64,000 bases of DNA from Bacteroidota bacterium (GTDB lineage: Bacteria > Bacteroidota > Bacteroidia > Bacteroidales > JAADJA01). Made by a program: the position numbers and the translations under genes. The stretch's first letter is position 1. Each line of letters opens with the position of its first letter. This document shows positions 46,534-56,017 of this stretch, one piece after another. The notes beneath the pieces are model-generated. The model did no database searches and had not been told where the DNA came from. It saw nothing but the letters and a program-made list of their open reading frames with translations. The stretch is taken from positions 672,817 through 736,816 of the forward strand of contig JAHLKX010000002.1 of assembly GCA_020444515.1 (NCBI GenBank), given 5' to 3'.

Positions 46534-47004
46534 ATGCAAACAGCCACCATCGCCCTCATTAAATCCGAACTCAATAACCGTTCAAACAAGGAATTGATAA
46601 ATATCATCCTACGATTGGCCCGGTTTAAAAAGGACAACAAGGAGTTACTTACTTACCTGTTGTTTGATTCGATTGATGAACAGGCCTATATCAGCGAAGT
46701 TTGCAAGGAGATTGATGTTGCATTTACCCAAATCAATACAAGTCATTTATATTTTGCTAAAAAAAGTATTCGAAAAATCTTGCGCCGGACCCAGGCTGTC
46801 ATTCGTTATTCAGGTCAAAAACAAACCGAGGTGGAATTGCTGATACATTTTTGCAAGGCATTGAAAAATTCAGGAATCCAGTTTTCACAAAATACGGCGC
46901 TGAACAATCTCTATTTACGACAACTTCAAAAGATTAAAAACGCAATTAAATCTTTGCATGAGGATTTGCAATATGATTATAATATGGAATTGGAGGAATT
47001 GTAA
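46534..47004 (+). CDS. conserved-looking hypothetical protein
   Basis: 156-aa helical ORF (LARFKKDNKELLTYLLFDS..., ending HEDLQYDYNMELEEL). Its 3' end is duplicated downstream. Confidence 0.55.
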   Translation: MQTATIALIKSELNNRSNKELINIILRLARFKKDNKELLTYLLFDSIDEQAYISEVCKEIDVAFTQINTSHLYFAKKSIRKILRRTQAVIRYSGQKQTEVELLIHFCKALKNSGIQFSQNTALNNLYLRQLQKIKNAIKSLHEDLQYDYNMELEEL

Positions 47005-47010
47005 TTGACT

Positions 47011-47033
47011 GAGTTGTTCCGGGTTTCAAATCC
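47011..47033. repeat. degenerate/deleted copy of the paired-palindrome unit, copy 2
   Basis: gagttgttccgggtttcaaatcc runs directly into flank-like sequence (aaagaagcatttcatccaattttt, compare aaagctttcaaattcaattttt after copy 1). This is consistent with a deletion between the two AAATCC arms. Confidence 0.6.
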
Positions 47034-47067
47034 AAAGAAGCATTTCATCCAATTTTTATGAAATACA

Positions 47068-47175
47068 GCTTTGAATAATTTGTTTCTGCAACAACATCAA
47101 AAAATCAGTCAGACCAACCGATCTTTTCATGAAGACTTGCAATATGATTATAATTCGGAATTGGAGGAATTATAA
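47068..47175 (+). pseudogene. 3' remnant of a second copy of the 46534-47004 gene
   Basis: Translates in frame, with no start codon, to ALNNLFLQQHQKISQTNRSFHEDLQYDYNSELEEL*. By my alignment 25 of 35 residues match the C-terminus of the intact gene. It is preceded by an in-frame TGA. Confidence 0.75.
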
Positions 47176-47181
47176 TTGACT

Positions 47182-47235
47182 GAGCTGTTCCGGATTTGAA
47201 ATCCGGAACTATTGAATGCGGATTTTAAATCCGCA
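47182..47235. repeat. paired-palindrome unit, copy 3
   Basis: gagct, then gttccggatttgaaatccggaac (47187-47209), a 7-nt spacer, then tgcggattttaaatccgca (47217-47235). The central base of palindrome 1 is g where copy 1 has c. Confidence 0.85.
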
Positions 47236-47327
47236 TTAGCGCTACAAATAATAAAGTTTAATCTAAACTTAATTTCGTTTTCCGATAACTTTCTCACCTT
47301 TGTAATTCATCGCAAACAATTAAAACA

Positions 47328-47771
47328 ATGAAACGCAATATAGCACTCGTGGCCCACGATAACCGAAAAATAGACCTGGTGGAATGGGCCGTTCACAACC
47401 AGGATATTTTGAAAGACCATAAAATTTTTGCCACCGGTACTACCGGAAAGTTGATCTCTGAAGTTTTATCCGATGTTACCCGGCTCAAGTCCGGGCCTTT
47501 GGGAGGCGACCAGCAATTGGGTGCCCTCATTGCTGAAGGGAAAATCGACTTTATGATCTTTTTCTGGGATCCGATGACCACACAACCCCATGATGTGGAC
47601 GTGAAAGCACTTTTAAGAATGACCGTGCTGTACAATGTTCCAACAGCCTGTAACAGATCCACAGCTGATTTCCTGATTACTTCGGGGTTATTTAATGATG
47701 AGGATTACAAACCCATCTTAAAGGATTATTCCATTTATCTTGACCGTGATGTCTCATCTGAGAAAGCTTGA
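47328..47771 (+). CDS. mgsA: methylglyoxal synthase
   Basis: Carries IALVAHDNRK, ATGTTG and SGPLGGDQQ motifs over 147 aa. Confidence 0.9.
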   Translation: MKRNIALVAHDNRKIDLVEWAVHNQDILKDHKIFATGTTGKLISEVLSDVTRLKSGPLGGDQQLGALIAEGKIDFMIFFWDPMTTQPHDVDVKALLRMTVLYNVPTACNRSTADFLITSGLFNDEDYKPILKDYSIYLDRDVSSEKA

Positions 47772-47871
47772 TCGGGATAATTTTAACATGAATTAACGCA
47801 GCAGCCCTGTCCAACAAGCGAAAGCAATCAAAAATTCCGTAACTTCGCAGGTATAAAAAATTGACATTGAT

Positions 47872-49500
47872 TTGAAAAACAGACTCATCATATATCTACC
47901 TCTGCTCTTTGCTATTGTGCTTATAGCAGGTATCTTCCTCGGTTATAAATTAAGCCCCATCGTTTCGCATCCGCAATTGCTTCGGATGAATTTTGAACGG
48001 TATAATAAACTCAATGATGTTGTCAGTTATATCGAAAATGAATATGTTGACTCAGTCGGGCGTGAGGAAATCTCTGAAGAAGGCATCAATGGTATATTGC
48101 AAAACCTTGATCCGCACTCCCAATATATTTCTGCCGATCAATTTCACGAGGTAAATGATCCGTTGATTGGAAATTTTGAAGGGATTGGCATTCAGTTCAG
48201 GATTGAAAAAGACACCATCGTAGTCGTTCAATCTATTCCCGGTGGCCCCTCTGAAAAAGTGGGATTGATGGCTGGTGATCGCATTGTAATGGTTGACGAC
48301 AGCCTGATTGCCGGTATAGGTATTGATAATCGTGGTGCCATGCGCATGCTGAAAGGACCCAGGGGAACTGAGGTGGAGGTTGGGATTTTTCGCAGGGGTA
48401 TACCCGACTTGATAGATTTTGTCATTACCCGTGATATCATACCAACCTATAGCATTGACATTGCTTTTATGCCGAAACCTGGGATTGGTTATGTCAAGCT
48501 TACCCGATTTTCAGCTACGACCTATGAGGAATTTGAAGAAGCCACGGATCGATTGCTGAAAGAAGGAATGAATAGCCTGATTCTTGATCTGCGGGATAAT
48601 ACCGGAGGTTATTTGCAAGCTGCCGAAAAACTGGCTGATGAATTTCTTGAGGATGGGAAACTGATCGTTTTCACAGAAGGTTATCATCAACCTCGTGAAT
48701 CAGCATATGCAACTAAAAAAGGAAAACTGGAAAATATCAGGATCGTCACTTTGATCAATGAAGGATCGGCATCTGCCAGTGAAATTCTGGCCGGAGCCCT
48801 TCAGGATAATGACCGTGGAACCATAGTCGGCAGACGATCATTTGGCAAAGGACTGGTTCAGCGTCAACTCGACTTCCCGGATGGTTCTGCCCTTCGTTTG
48901 ACAGTGGCCCGTTATTATACGCCAACCGGACGGTGTATTCAACGTCCTTATGAAAAGGGAGATGGATTTGAATCCTATTATTCAGAGTCCTATCATCGTT
49001 TGTTAAATGGAGAACTGGAAGACAAAGACAGTATTCAATTTAATGATTCACTGAAATATATGACACCCGGCGGAAAGATTGTTTATGGTGGAGGCGGGAT
49101 CATGCCCGATGTATTTGTGCCCCTTCAAAGTGATGCCAGGTACGGATATTATAATAAAATTACCAGAAAGGCTTTGATGTTCCGGTTCGCATTTGAGTAC
49201 ACCGACAAAAACAGGAAAGAACTACAGATCTACAAAGATTTTGAAAATTTTAATGAACATTTTCGGATTACTCCGGAACTTTTCGAGGAGTTTATCAATT
49301 TCGTTTCGAGCAATGGTATAGAAAGAGATGAGGAAGGTGTTGAATTTGCCGGTGATGAAATGAAAACCATGCTAAAAGCCTTTATTGCAAGGAATTTATT
49401 TGATAATGAAGGATTTTATCCCTTATATTTGTCCATCGACAATGTTTACAACAAGGCTCTTGAATTGTTGGAGGAATCCGGTCATGTTTTCAATTATTAA
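47872..49500 (+). CDS. S41-family C-terminal processing peptidase with PDZ domain
   Basis: Has an N-terminal anchor, a PDZ segment (GGPSEKVGLMAGDRIV), the catalytic region GSASASEILAGALQDN and FGKGLVQ. The start is a TTG. Confidence 0.85.
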   Translation: MKNRLIIYLPLLFAIVLIAGIFLGYKLSPIVSHPQLLRMNFERYNKLNDVVSYIENEYVDSVGREEISEEGINGILQNLDPHSQYISADQFHEVNDPLIGNFEGIGIQFRIEKDTIVVVQSIPGGPSEKVGLMAGDRIVMVDDSLIAGIGIDNRGAMRMLKGPRGTEVEVGIFRRGIPDLIDFVITRDIIPTYSIDIAFMPKPGIGYVKLTRFSATTYEEFEEATDRLLKEGMNSLILDLRDNTGGYLQAAEKLADEFLEDGKLIVFTEGYHQPRESAYATKKGKLENIRIVTLINEGSASASEILAGALQDNDRGTIVGRRSFGKGLVQRQLDFPDGSALRLTVARYYTPTGRCIQRPYEKGDGFESYYSESYHRLLNGELEDKDSIQFNDSLKYMTPGGKIVYGGGGIMPDVFVPLQSDARYGYYNKITRKALMFRFAFEYTDKNRKELQIYKDFENFNEHFRITPELFEEFINFVSSNGIERDEEGVEFAGDEMKTMLKAFIARNLFDNEGFYPLYLSIDNVYNKALELLEESGHVFNY

Positions 49501-49518
49501 CCTTAAATATAAAATATT

Positions 49519-50094
49519 ATGGCTTTTGAATTACCACCACTACCGTACAAAATGAATGCGCTGGAACCTTTTATTTCCCAGCGGACTCTGGAGTTTCACT
49601 ATGGCAAACACCATCAGGCATATGTGAATAATTTGAATAACCTCGTACCCGGCTCAGAATTTGAAAATGCTTCACTGGAAGATATCATTAAAAAAGCTTC
49701 AGGAGGTGTTTTTAATAATGGTGCCCAGGTTTGGAATCATACTTTTTACTGGCATTGTCTTTCACCCAATGGCGGTGGAGAGCCAACCGGTACTGTTAAG
49801 GATGCCATTTATGAAAGCTTTGGTTCATTTGATGCTTTTAAAGAGCAATTCACCAAAGCTGCAGCTACCCTTTTCGGTTCAGGATGGGCATGGCTGGTGA
49901 AAGACACTGAAGGCAAACTAAAAATTGTACAGGAAAGCAATGCAGGTAATCCCTTAACAACGGGTCACACGCCGCTGCTTACTTGCGATGTTTGGGAACA
50001 TGCCTATTATCTGGATAAACAAAACCGTCGTCCGGATTATATTGCCGATTTCTGGAACCTGGTGAATTGGGAACAGGTGAAAAAGGAAATCTAA
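49519..50094 (+). CDS. sodB: Fe-type (or cambialistic) superoxide dismutase
   Basis: Starts [10 protein letters not shown] and carries [24 protein letters not shown] and DVWEHAYY. The AQxWNH and FGSGW contexts are Fe-SOD-like. Confidence 0.9.
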   Translation: MAFELPPLPYKMNALEPFISQRTLEFHYGKHHQAYVNNLNNLVPGSEFENASLEDIIKKASGGVFNNGAQVWNHTFYWHCLSPNGGGEPTGTVKDAIYESFGSFDAFKEQFTKAAATLFGSGWAWLVKDTEGKLKIVQESNAGNPLTTGHTPLLTCDVWEHAYYLDKQNRRPDYIADFWNLVNWEQVKKEI

Positions 50095-50113
50095 TAAATA
50101 ACATTTTTTGAAC

Positions 50114-50148
50114 AAAAGGCCTCCATAACTTGGAGGCCTTTTGTTTTA
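50114..50148 (+). terminator. rho-independent terminator of sodB
   Basis: aaaaggcctcca-taact-tggaggcctttt followed by gtttt. Confidence 0.8.
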
Positions 50149-50269
50149 TTGCTCCTCTATGTCGGTTTTCTTGCCTATGAATTTACTGAAACCATTATTG
50201 GACAATTCTGTAAAACATCTCATTCTTTGAAATTTACATTATTACTGATTCTTTCTGTAAAACAATATT

Positions 50270-51625
50270 TTGATCAGAATTTTTAAAATATTCCGATGGA
50301 TTGTCCTGCTGTTTTGTTTTTTATCTATATGGGGATGGATGGTATTTCATGCCGTGACAGGTGGACAAAAACTGGGTCCTTTTAAACCAATCGTTTTATG
50401 GATTGCTGAATTCCCGCATCTGACAAGGCAGGTTTTTTGGGATGGATATTTTCAAAAAAATGATCTATTAGTTGAAAATAAATTTGATCAGCTGCAGGAT
50501 TTCAGTGAAGTTAATACAGGTCAAAATAATGAATTCCTGCTGATTAGTCAATGGGATCCGAATTACAAACAATCAATTATTCGGCTGTATCATTTACAGG
50601 ATAATTCAATTATTAAAGAATGGATACCCCAATTTGATGAATTTATCGATCATTTTGATTCGACCAGTCTATTTGTGATGAATGACTATCAGCGTTTGAA
50701 TTATTCTAAAAGTGGTTTTGTAAAGGACAGGGCGAGGATCATCCATCCGATGTTGTTAAAGGATTATTCCATTGTATTTAATTTTATGTATGGCCCCCTC
50801 ATTTGTATCGATTCCTCATCGAAACTACAATGGATTGTCAATGGAAATTATCATCACTCCATCGAAAAGGATGCTGAAGGAAATATTTGGGTGCCGGGTG
50901 TTGAATATCAAAGTCAGTATTTCCAGGATTTAGGTATCGAAGATGATGTAATCAATAAGTTTACACCCGATGGTACATTGCTTTACTCAAAATCCGTTTT
51001 GGATATTTTTGTGGAGAATGGCTTGAGGGCTTACGAATTTGGTGAATATTTCATCAATAAGGATGTCGTGCACATCAATGATATCCAACCCGTGATGAAA
51101 GACTCAAAATATTGGGAAAAAGGTGATCTGTTTATTAGCTTTCGTCAGGGAAGTACTGTCTTTCTCTATCGTCCGTCGACCAATGAAGTGATCTGGTATA
51201 AAAGAGGGCCCTGGCTATTTCAGCATGATGTTGACATTTTGGACAGCAACCGGATATCTGTGTTTGGAAATGATGTTTTTTATATCGGATTTAACAATTT
51301 GGCTTCCATTGATCACAACAAATACATCAGCTATTTTGCTGATCATAACGACATCTATATTTATAATTTTGAAAACCAGGAAATTACCAAACCATATACC
51401 CATATGTTCGATCGTTTGAGTATTAATACCGCAACCGAAGGGCGATCTGAAATTTATCGCGATGGGACCGTTTATGTTGAAGAAACGAATCATGGCCGAC
51501 ATTTGCTTTTCAACCACCAGGGATTAATTCAGCAATGGATATTCGCAGTCGAGGATGAATACGTTTTGATGCCAGGTTGGTCAAGAAGATTGATGATGAA
51601 CGATCAAGGCATATTGGTTGAATAG
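50270..51625 (+). CDS. membrane-anchored arylsulfotransferase (ASST)-like beta-propeller protein
   Basis: Has an N-terminal TM span. HHSIEKD, VHINDIQP and LFQHDVDILDSNRISVFGND resemble ASST-family motifs, from memory. The start is a TTG. Confidence 0.4.
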   Translation: MIRIFKIFRWIVLLFCFLSIWGWMVFHAVTGGQKLGPFKPIVLWIAEFPHLTRQVFWDGYFQKNDLLVENKFDQLQDFSEVNTGQNNEFLLISQWDPNYKQSIIRLYHLQDNSIIKEWIPQFDEFIDHFDSTSLFVMNDYQRLNYSKSGFVKDRARIIHPMLLKDYSIVFNFMYGPLICIDSSSKLQWIVNGNYHHSIEKDAEGNIWVPGVEYQSQYFQDLGIEDDVINKFTPDGTLLYSKSVLDIFVENGLRAYEFGEYFINKDVVHINDIQPVMKDSKYWEKGDLFISFRQGSTVFLYRPSTNEVIWYKRGPWLFQHDVDILDSNRISVFGNDVFYIGFNNLASIDHNKYISYFADHNDIYIYNFENQEITKPYTHMFDRLSINTATEGRSEIYRDGTVYVEETNHGRHLLFNHQGLIQQWIFAVEDEYVLMPGWSRRLMMNDQGILVE

Positions 51626-51691
51626 AAAAAGAATTCGGTAAAAAAACAACCCGGTAAAATTCAAGTTGGTTTTGACCAAATCAATTGTAAT

Positions 51692-53530
51692 TTATTCTAC
51701 AGTAACCGATTTGGCCAGATTTCTTGGCTGATCTACATCACAATCGCGCATAACGGCAATATGATACGCGAGTAATTGCAAAGGAATGGTGGCAACCAGT
51801 GGCACAAATTGTTCCTCTGTTTCAGGCACCTCCAGAATATAATCGGCCAGTTTTTTAACTTCCTTATCACCTTTGGTTACAATAGCGATGATCTTTCCTT
51901 TACGGGCTTTTACCTCCTGGATATTGGAGATGACTTTATCGTAAGTTCCTTTGTTCGTGGCAATGACTACGACCGGCATTTCACGGTCGATGAGAGCGAT
52001 CGGACCATGTTTCATCTCTGCTGCTGGATAACCTTCGGCATGGATGTAGGAGATCTCTTTTAATTTCAATGCTCCTTCCATTGCCACAGGGAAATTATAT
52101 CCCCTTCCAAGATAAAGAAAATTACGAGCATAAATGAACATCTTGGCCAATTCTTTAACTTGCTCATCAACTTTAAGGGTTTCTCTGACTTTTTCCGGGA
52201 TAAGTTCGAGTTCACTGAGCAACTGATGAAACCTGGATTTCGAGATCGTGCCTTTCATCTGGGCCGTTCTCAGGGCCATCAGTGCCAATACGGTAACCTG
52301 AGCAGTGAAAGCCTTGGTAGAAGCCACACCAATTTCGGGTCCGGCATGGGTATATGAACCTGCATGTGTTGCCCGTGCAATAGATGATCCCACTACATTG
52401 CAAATCCCAATAATGGTAGCTCCTTTTGATTTCGCCAGTTCAATGGCGGCCAGGGTATCGGCGGTTTCTCCCGATTGTGAAATGGCAATAACAATATCAT
52501 TTTCTGTGAGGATGGGATTCCGGTAACGAAACTCTGAGGCATATTCAACTTCTACCGATGTTCTGGCAAGGTCTTCAAAAAGATATTCTCCAACCAGCCC
52601 GGCATGCCAGGAAGTTCCGCAGGCAATGATAATGATTCTTTTTGCATTCATTAGCTTCTGCTCATAATCACTGATGCCGCCCAGCTTAACAAACCCTTCT
52701 TTAGCATTCAGCCGTCCACGCATACTATCCTGTATGGATGTGGGTTGTTCAAATATCTCTTTGAGCATAAAATGTTCAAAACCCCCTTTTTCCAATTGTG
52801 AGAGGTTCATTTCCAGGGTTTGGATGTAAGGTGTTTTAACCTTGTTTTTAATGGTTTTAATGCGGAGTTTTTCGCCTTTTCGGATGGTAACGACTTCTTC
52901 GTCGTTAATGTATACAACTTCATTGGTAAATTCAACAATGGGTGTGGCATCGGAGGCAAGGAAAAACTCATTGTCACCGATTCCAACTACAAGAGGACTC
53001 CCCTTTCTGGCTGCAACTAATAGATCGGGATCTTCTTTGCTCAATATCACAATGGCATAGGCTCCCACCACCTGATTTAATGCTATTCGAACAGCCTCTT
53101 CAAGAGGCACTTTCTCGTTGATCTTGATGTCTTCGATTAATTGAATCAGTACTTCGGTGTCGGTATCACTGTTGAAGGTATATCCGCGTTTCTTCAATTC
53201 TTCTTTGATTGAAGCATAATTTTCAATAATGCCGTTATGGATGATCGCTAAATTACCTGATTGCGAAAGGTGAGGATGGGCATTCTGATTGTTAGGTTCA
53301 CCATGTGTAGCCCAACGGGTATGAGCAATGCCTATTGTTCCCGTTGTATCTTTGTCTTTAACATGAGACTCCAGGTCAGAAACTTTTCCACTGGTTTTAT
53401 ACATGTTTAGTTTGCCATTGATAAGTGCAATACCAGCACTATCGTAGCCGCGGTATTCGAGCCGGTAAAGTCCTTTCATTAGTATAGGGAAAGCCTCTTT
53501 CGGGCCTACATAGCCAACAATTCCACACAT
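51692..53530 (-). CDS. glmS: glutamine--fructose-6-phosphate aminotransferase
   Basis: Has the MCGIVGYVG Cys nucleophile, two SIS domains, and a C-terminus ending KSVTVE, over 612 aa. Confidence 0.95.
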   Translation of the reverse strand: MCGIVGYVGPKEAFPILMKGLYRLEYRGYDSAGIALINGKLNMYKTSGKVSDLESHVKDKDTTGTIGIAHTRWATHGEPNNQNAHPHLSQSGNLAIIHNGIIENYASIKEELKKRGYTFNSDTDTEVLIQLIEDIKINEKVPLEEAVRIALNQVVGAYAIVILSKEDPDLLVAARKGSPLVVGIGDNEFFLASDATPIVEFTNEVVYINDEEVVTIRKGEKLRIKTIKNKVKTPYIQTLEMNLSQLEKGGFEHFMLKEIFEQPTSIQDSMRGRLNAKEGFVKLGGISDYEQKLMNAKRIIIIACGTSWHAGLVGEYLFEDLARTSVEVEYASEFRYRNPILTENDIVIAISQSGETADTLAAIELAKSKGATIIGICNVVGSSIARATHAGSYTHAGPEIGVASTKAFTAQVTVLALMALRTAQMKGTISKSRFHQLLSELELIPEKVRETLKVDEQVKELAKMFIYARNFLYLGRGYNFPVAMEGALKLKEISYIHAEGYPAAEMKHGPIALIDREMPVVVIATNKGTYDKVISNIQEVKARKGKIIAIVTKGDKEVKKLADYILEVPETEEQFVPLVATIPLQLLAYHIAVMRDCDVDQPRNLAKSVTVE

Positions 53531-53554
53531 AGTATCTTGGTTTTAAAAATCGGG

Positions 53555-53562
53555 CAAAGTTA
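53555..53562 (-). promoter_or_regulatory. -7 box TAACTTTG for glmS
   Basis: Plus-strand caaagtta, 24 nt upstream of the glmS ATG at 53530. Confidence 0.45.
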
Positions 53563-53597
53563 CATTAAAGGTAGCAGAATCAAAAATCAATTTTACC

Positions 53598-54941
53598 TTA
53601 TTCGGTATCGGTATAAATAATTTCAAGTCTGAAATAACCCGGTATGTTGGGATTGGTTCCTGGCATGACCAGTTCATTGGGCCTGATGGATTTGGCGCTG
53701 GGATAAATGACAAAACCATCAAAGGTGAAGCTGTCGTTTAATATTTTCTGTGCTTCAAGTGCCATTCTAAACCAATAAGTTTTGGTGTTGGCATTAAAAT
53801 TACCACCAAAGAAATTCTCTCCTTCCGATTGATCCAGAAGGGTTGTTATTGAGCCGTCTTCCCTGTATTTGAATAGATATAAGGTTGTTGGTGGTTTGAG
53901 TTCTTCCGAATAATCTTCACTTTTAAAAATTAATTTTGCCTCATTGATGACCCGTGTGTCAGTTCCTGCCATTTCCTCCAGACCAGGAAAACGCAATATC
54001 ATTTTAACACCCCCAAGACCTTGCAGATACAAAGAGGTATTTCCCAGGGTTGTATCCTTATTGACCACCTGGTTGATAAAATTTTGGTCCTGACTTAGCT
54101 GGTAATTGTGTTCGTACTTTCCAATCCGGGCATTGTTAATATTGATCAGGAATTTGTAACTGAGTGAATCAGTGGTGTCATTGTGATAATGAATGGCCAA
54201 ATAAGATTTTTCGGTCACCAGATCAAATGATAAAATGGCTCCCTGTCCAACTCCATTCACATCATTCGGACGAATATAAATTCCTTTGAACTTATTAATA
54301 AATTCATCATTTGATCCAAAATGGGTGGTGTCAAGATTAAAAATGGTATCGGCAAACCAATCATTGATCGGGATCTTCAGAATGGCTGCCATGTAGGAGG
54401 AATCCACCCCGTCTTCTGTACTGTCAATTACCAGTGTTGGAGTAAGGTCAGGGAAAAAGCTGTGTTGGGCCAGTACCTGATTCTGATCATAGGCAAGATC
54501 TGTGGTAGAATAATAGGTGCTATCGACGTAAAAATCTTCCGTCGCACGATAAATGGTAAAAGTTTGCTCCGTATTGATATTACCATATGCCGTATCATAA
54601 ACCATGTAAAAATAAATGGAATCAGCAACCGGATTGGGTCCCCATACCGGATTGGGATCAGAAATGCGGAGGTGTGAATAAACACTGGCATTGGTCAATC
54701 CAAAGGTTGATGTTTGCATGCTCCCGATCACATTCACGGTGGTTTCATCCGAAATAACAGAATCTTCAAGTGCTGAATATACCATTACTTCAACGAGGGT
54801 GTCATTTCCAACAGCCGCTTTGTTGTCATCCACCAAGTCAAGACCAATGGTTTCGGGTTTTTTACCACAGGATAATATCAGACTTGAGATCAGGAAAAAA
54901 AAGATCAACTTATAGAGGGGTAATAGATTTCTTGTTTTCAA
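53598..54941 (-). CDS. DUF4270-like lipoprotein
   Basis: 447 aa with the lipobox LILSCG. The position between glmS and the short glycogen-synthase-like gene matches a Bacteroidota-conserved arrangement I recall. The start is a TTG. Confidence 0.5.
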   Translation of the reverse strand: MKTRNLLPLYKLIFFFLISSLILSCGKKPETIGLDLVDDNKAAVGNDTLVEVMVYSALEDSVISDETTVNVIGSMQTSTFGLTNASVYSHLRISDPNPVWGPNPVADSIYFYMVYDTAYGNINTEQTFTIYRATEDFYVDSTYYSTTDLAYDQNQVLAQHSFFPDLTPTLVIDSTEDGVDSSYMAAILKIPINDWFADTIFNLDTTHFGSNDEFINKFKGIYIRPNDVNGVGQGAILSFDLVTEKSYLAIHYHNDTTDSLSYKFLININNARIGKYEHNYQLSQDQNFINQVVNKDTTLGNTSLYLQGLGGVKMILRFPGLEEMAGTDTRVINEAKLIFKSEDYSEELKPPTTLYLFKYREDGSITTLLDQSEGENFFGGNFNANTKTYWFRMALEAQKILNDSFTFDGFVIYPSAKSIRPNELVMPGTNPNIPGYFRLEIIYTDTE

Positions 54942-54989
54942 AGTTTCACTGTTTCGTTCGATTAACCTATTAACTCAATTTTGGGAAAC

Positions 54990-55805
54990 TTATTTTGATA
55001 CCCCCAGAACCTTGTCATAAAAATCATTGTAGGCCTTGATGTAAGTATCCATGGGCTGATATTCAAGGGTCGTTTTTTGGGATTTGTCAACGTAGCTCCG
55101 GATTTCATCATGAATGGACTCATCGCCAATTATTACAGCATCAGAAAAGTCAATGGCGGCTTTCATCAGGTTTACATAGGTAGGGTCCTGGTATAAAGCG
55201 AGATCCTTATTCGTTATTCCATCCAATTTAACTTTTTTAGGAAAGTCACTGCTAAGGGTTTCACTAAAACCATCATTGTAAAGGGAACAGATGACTTTTG
55301 TATCGGAAAACAAAGGATTATCTTTAAAAGCCTTTTTAATGTAGATCGGCACCAAACTCGACATCCAGCCGTGGCAATGCACAATATCAGGTGGCCAGCC
55401 GAGTTTTTTTACAGTTTCAAGAACGCCTCTGGAAAAGAATATGGCCCTTTCATCATTGTCGCTGAAAAACTTATTGTTTTTATCGGTAATTGTGAATTTG
55501 CGCTGAAAATAATCTTCATTGTCAATAAAATAGACCTGCATACGGGCTTGCTGGATTGAAGCTACTTTGATGATAAGAGGATGGTCATTGTCGTCAATAA
55601 TGAGGTTCATCCCAGACAACCGGATCACCTCATGCAATTGATTTCTCCGTTCATTTACATTTCCATAACGGGGCATGAATGTTCTGATCTCTCTACCTTT
55701 TTCCTGGGTGCCCTGTGGAAGGTATCTGCAAATAGTACCCATATGGCTTTCTGGAAGGTATGGAATAATCTCCTGGGCAATAAACAAAACCTTTGCTTTT
55801 TCCAT
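54990..55805 (-). CDS. short glycogen/starch-synthase-like protein (GT5 N-terminal domain only)
   Basis: 271 aa. The N-terminus KVLFIAQEIIPYLPESHMG aligns with the KVLFVASE..PFAKTGGL region of GlgA, but KTGGL is not conserved and the C-terminal Rossmann half is absent. Confidence 0.6.
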   Translation of the reverse strand: MEKAKVLFIAQEIIPYLPESHMGTICRYLPQGTQEKGREIRTFMPRYGNVNERRNQLHEVIRLSGMNLIIDDNDHPLIIKVASIQQARMQVYFIDNEDYFQRKFTITDKNNKFFSDNDERAIFFSRGVLETVKKLGWPPDIVHCHGWMSSLVPIYIKKAFKDNPLFSDTKVICSLYNDGFSETLSSDFPKKVKLDGITNKDLALYQDPTYVNLMKAAIDFSDAVIIGDESIHDEIRSYVDKSQKTTLEYQPMDTYIKAYNDFYDKVLGVSK

Positions 55806-55974
55806 ATTGTATTCTTTAGATTCTCAAAAAGGTCTGCAAAAATATAAAAAAAAAGCCTTTTGAACAACAATTGAGAAGAGTGATTTTTTCTGAAAATCGC
55901 TTTTAATGCAGCATTGATTAGTCTTTTCAGGTATAAAAATTCCTTTATAATTTTATACCCTGAAGGGTTTTTTA

Positions 55975-55982
55975 TACTTTTG
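55975..55982 (+). promoter_or_regulatory. -7 box TACTTTTG for the CotH-family gene
   Basis: tacttttg, 35 nt upstream of the ATG at 56018. Confidence 0.45.
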
Positions 55983-56017
55983 ATTCGGTTTTTTATGATG
56001 AAAAGGAGTCTCTTTTA

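Noticed and set aside
46438-47235. The palindromic units after small ORFs could be integron attC sites or gene cassettes.
   Set aside because: No integrase gene or attI is in the window. The palindromes are perfect and short rather than imperfect with extrahelical bases. I could not fit the RYYYAAC/GTTRRRY core sites.
53531-53597. Looked for a glmS ribozyme upstream of glmS.
   Set aside because: Only 67 nt are available, most of it promoter. That is too short for the ribozyme, which is also characteristic of Gram-positive lineages.
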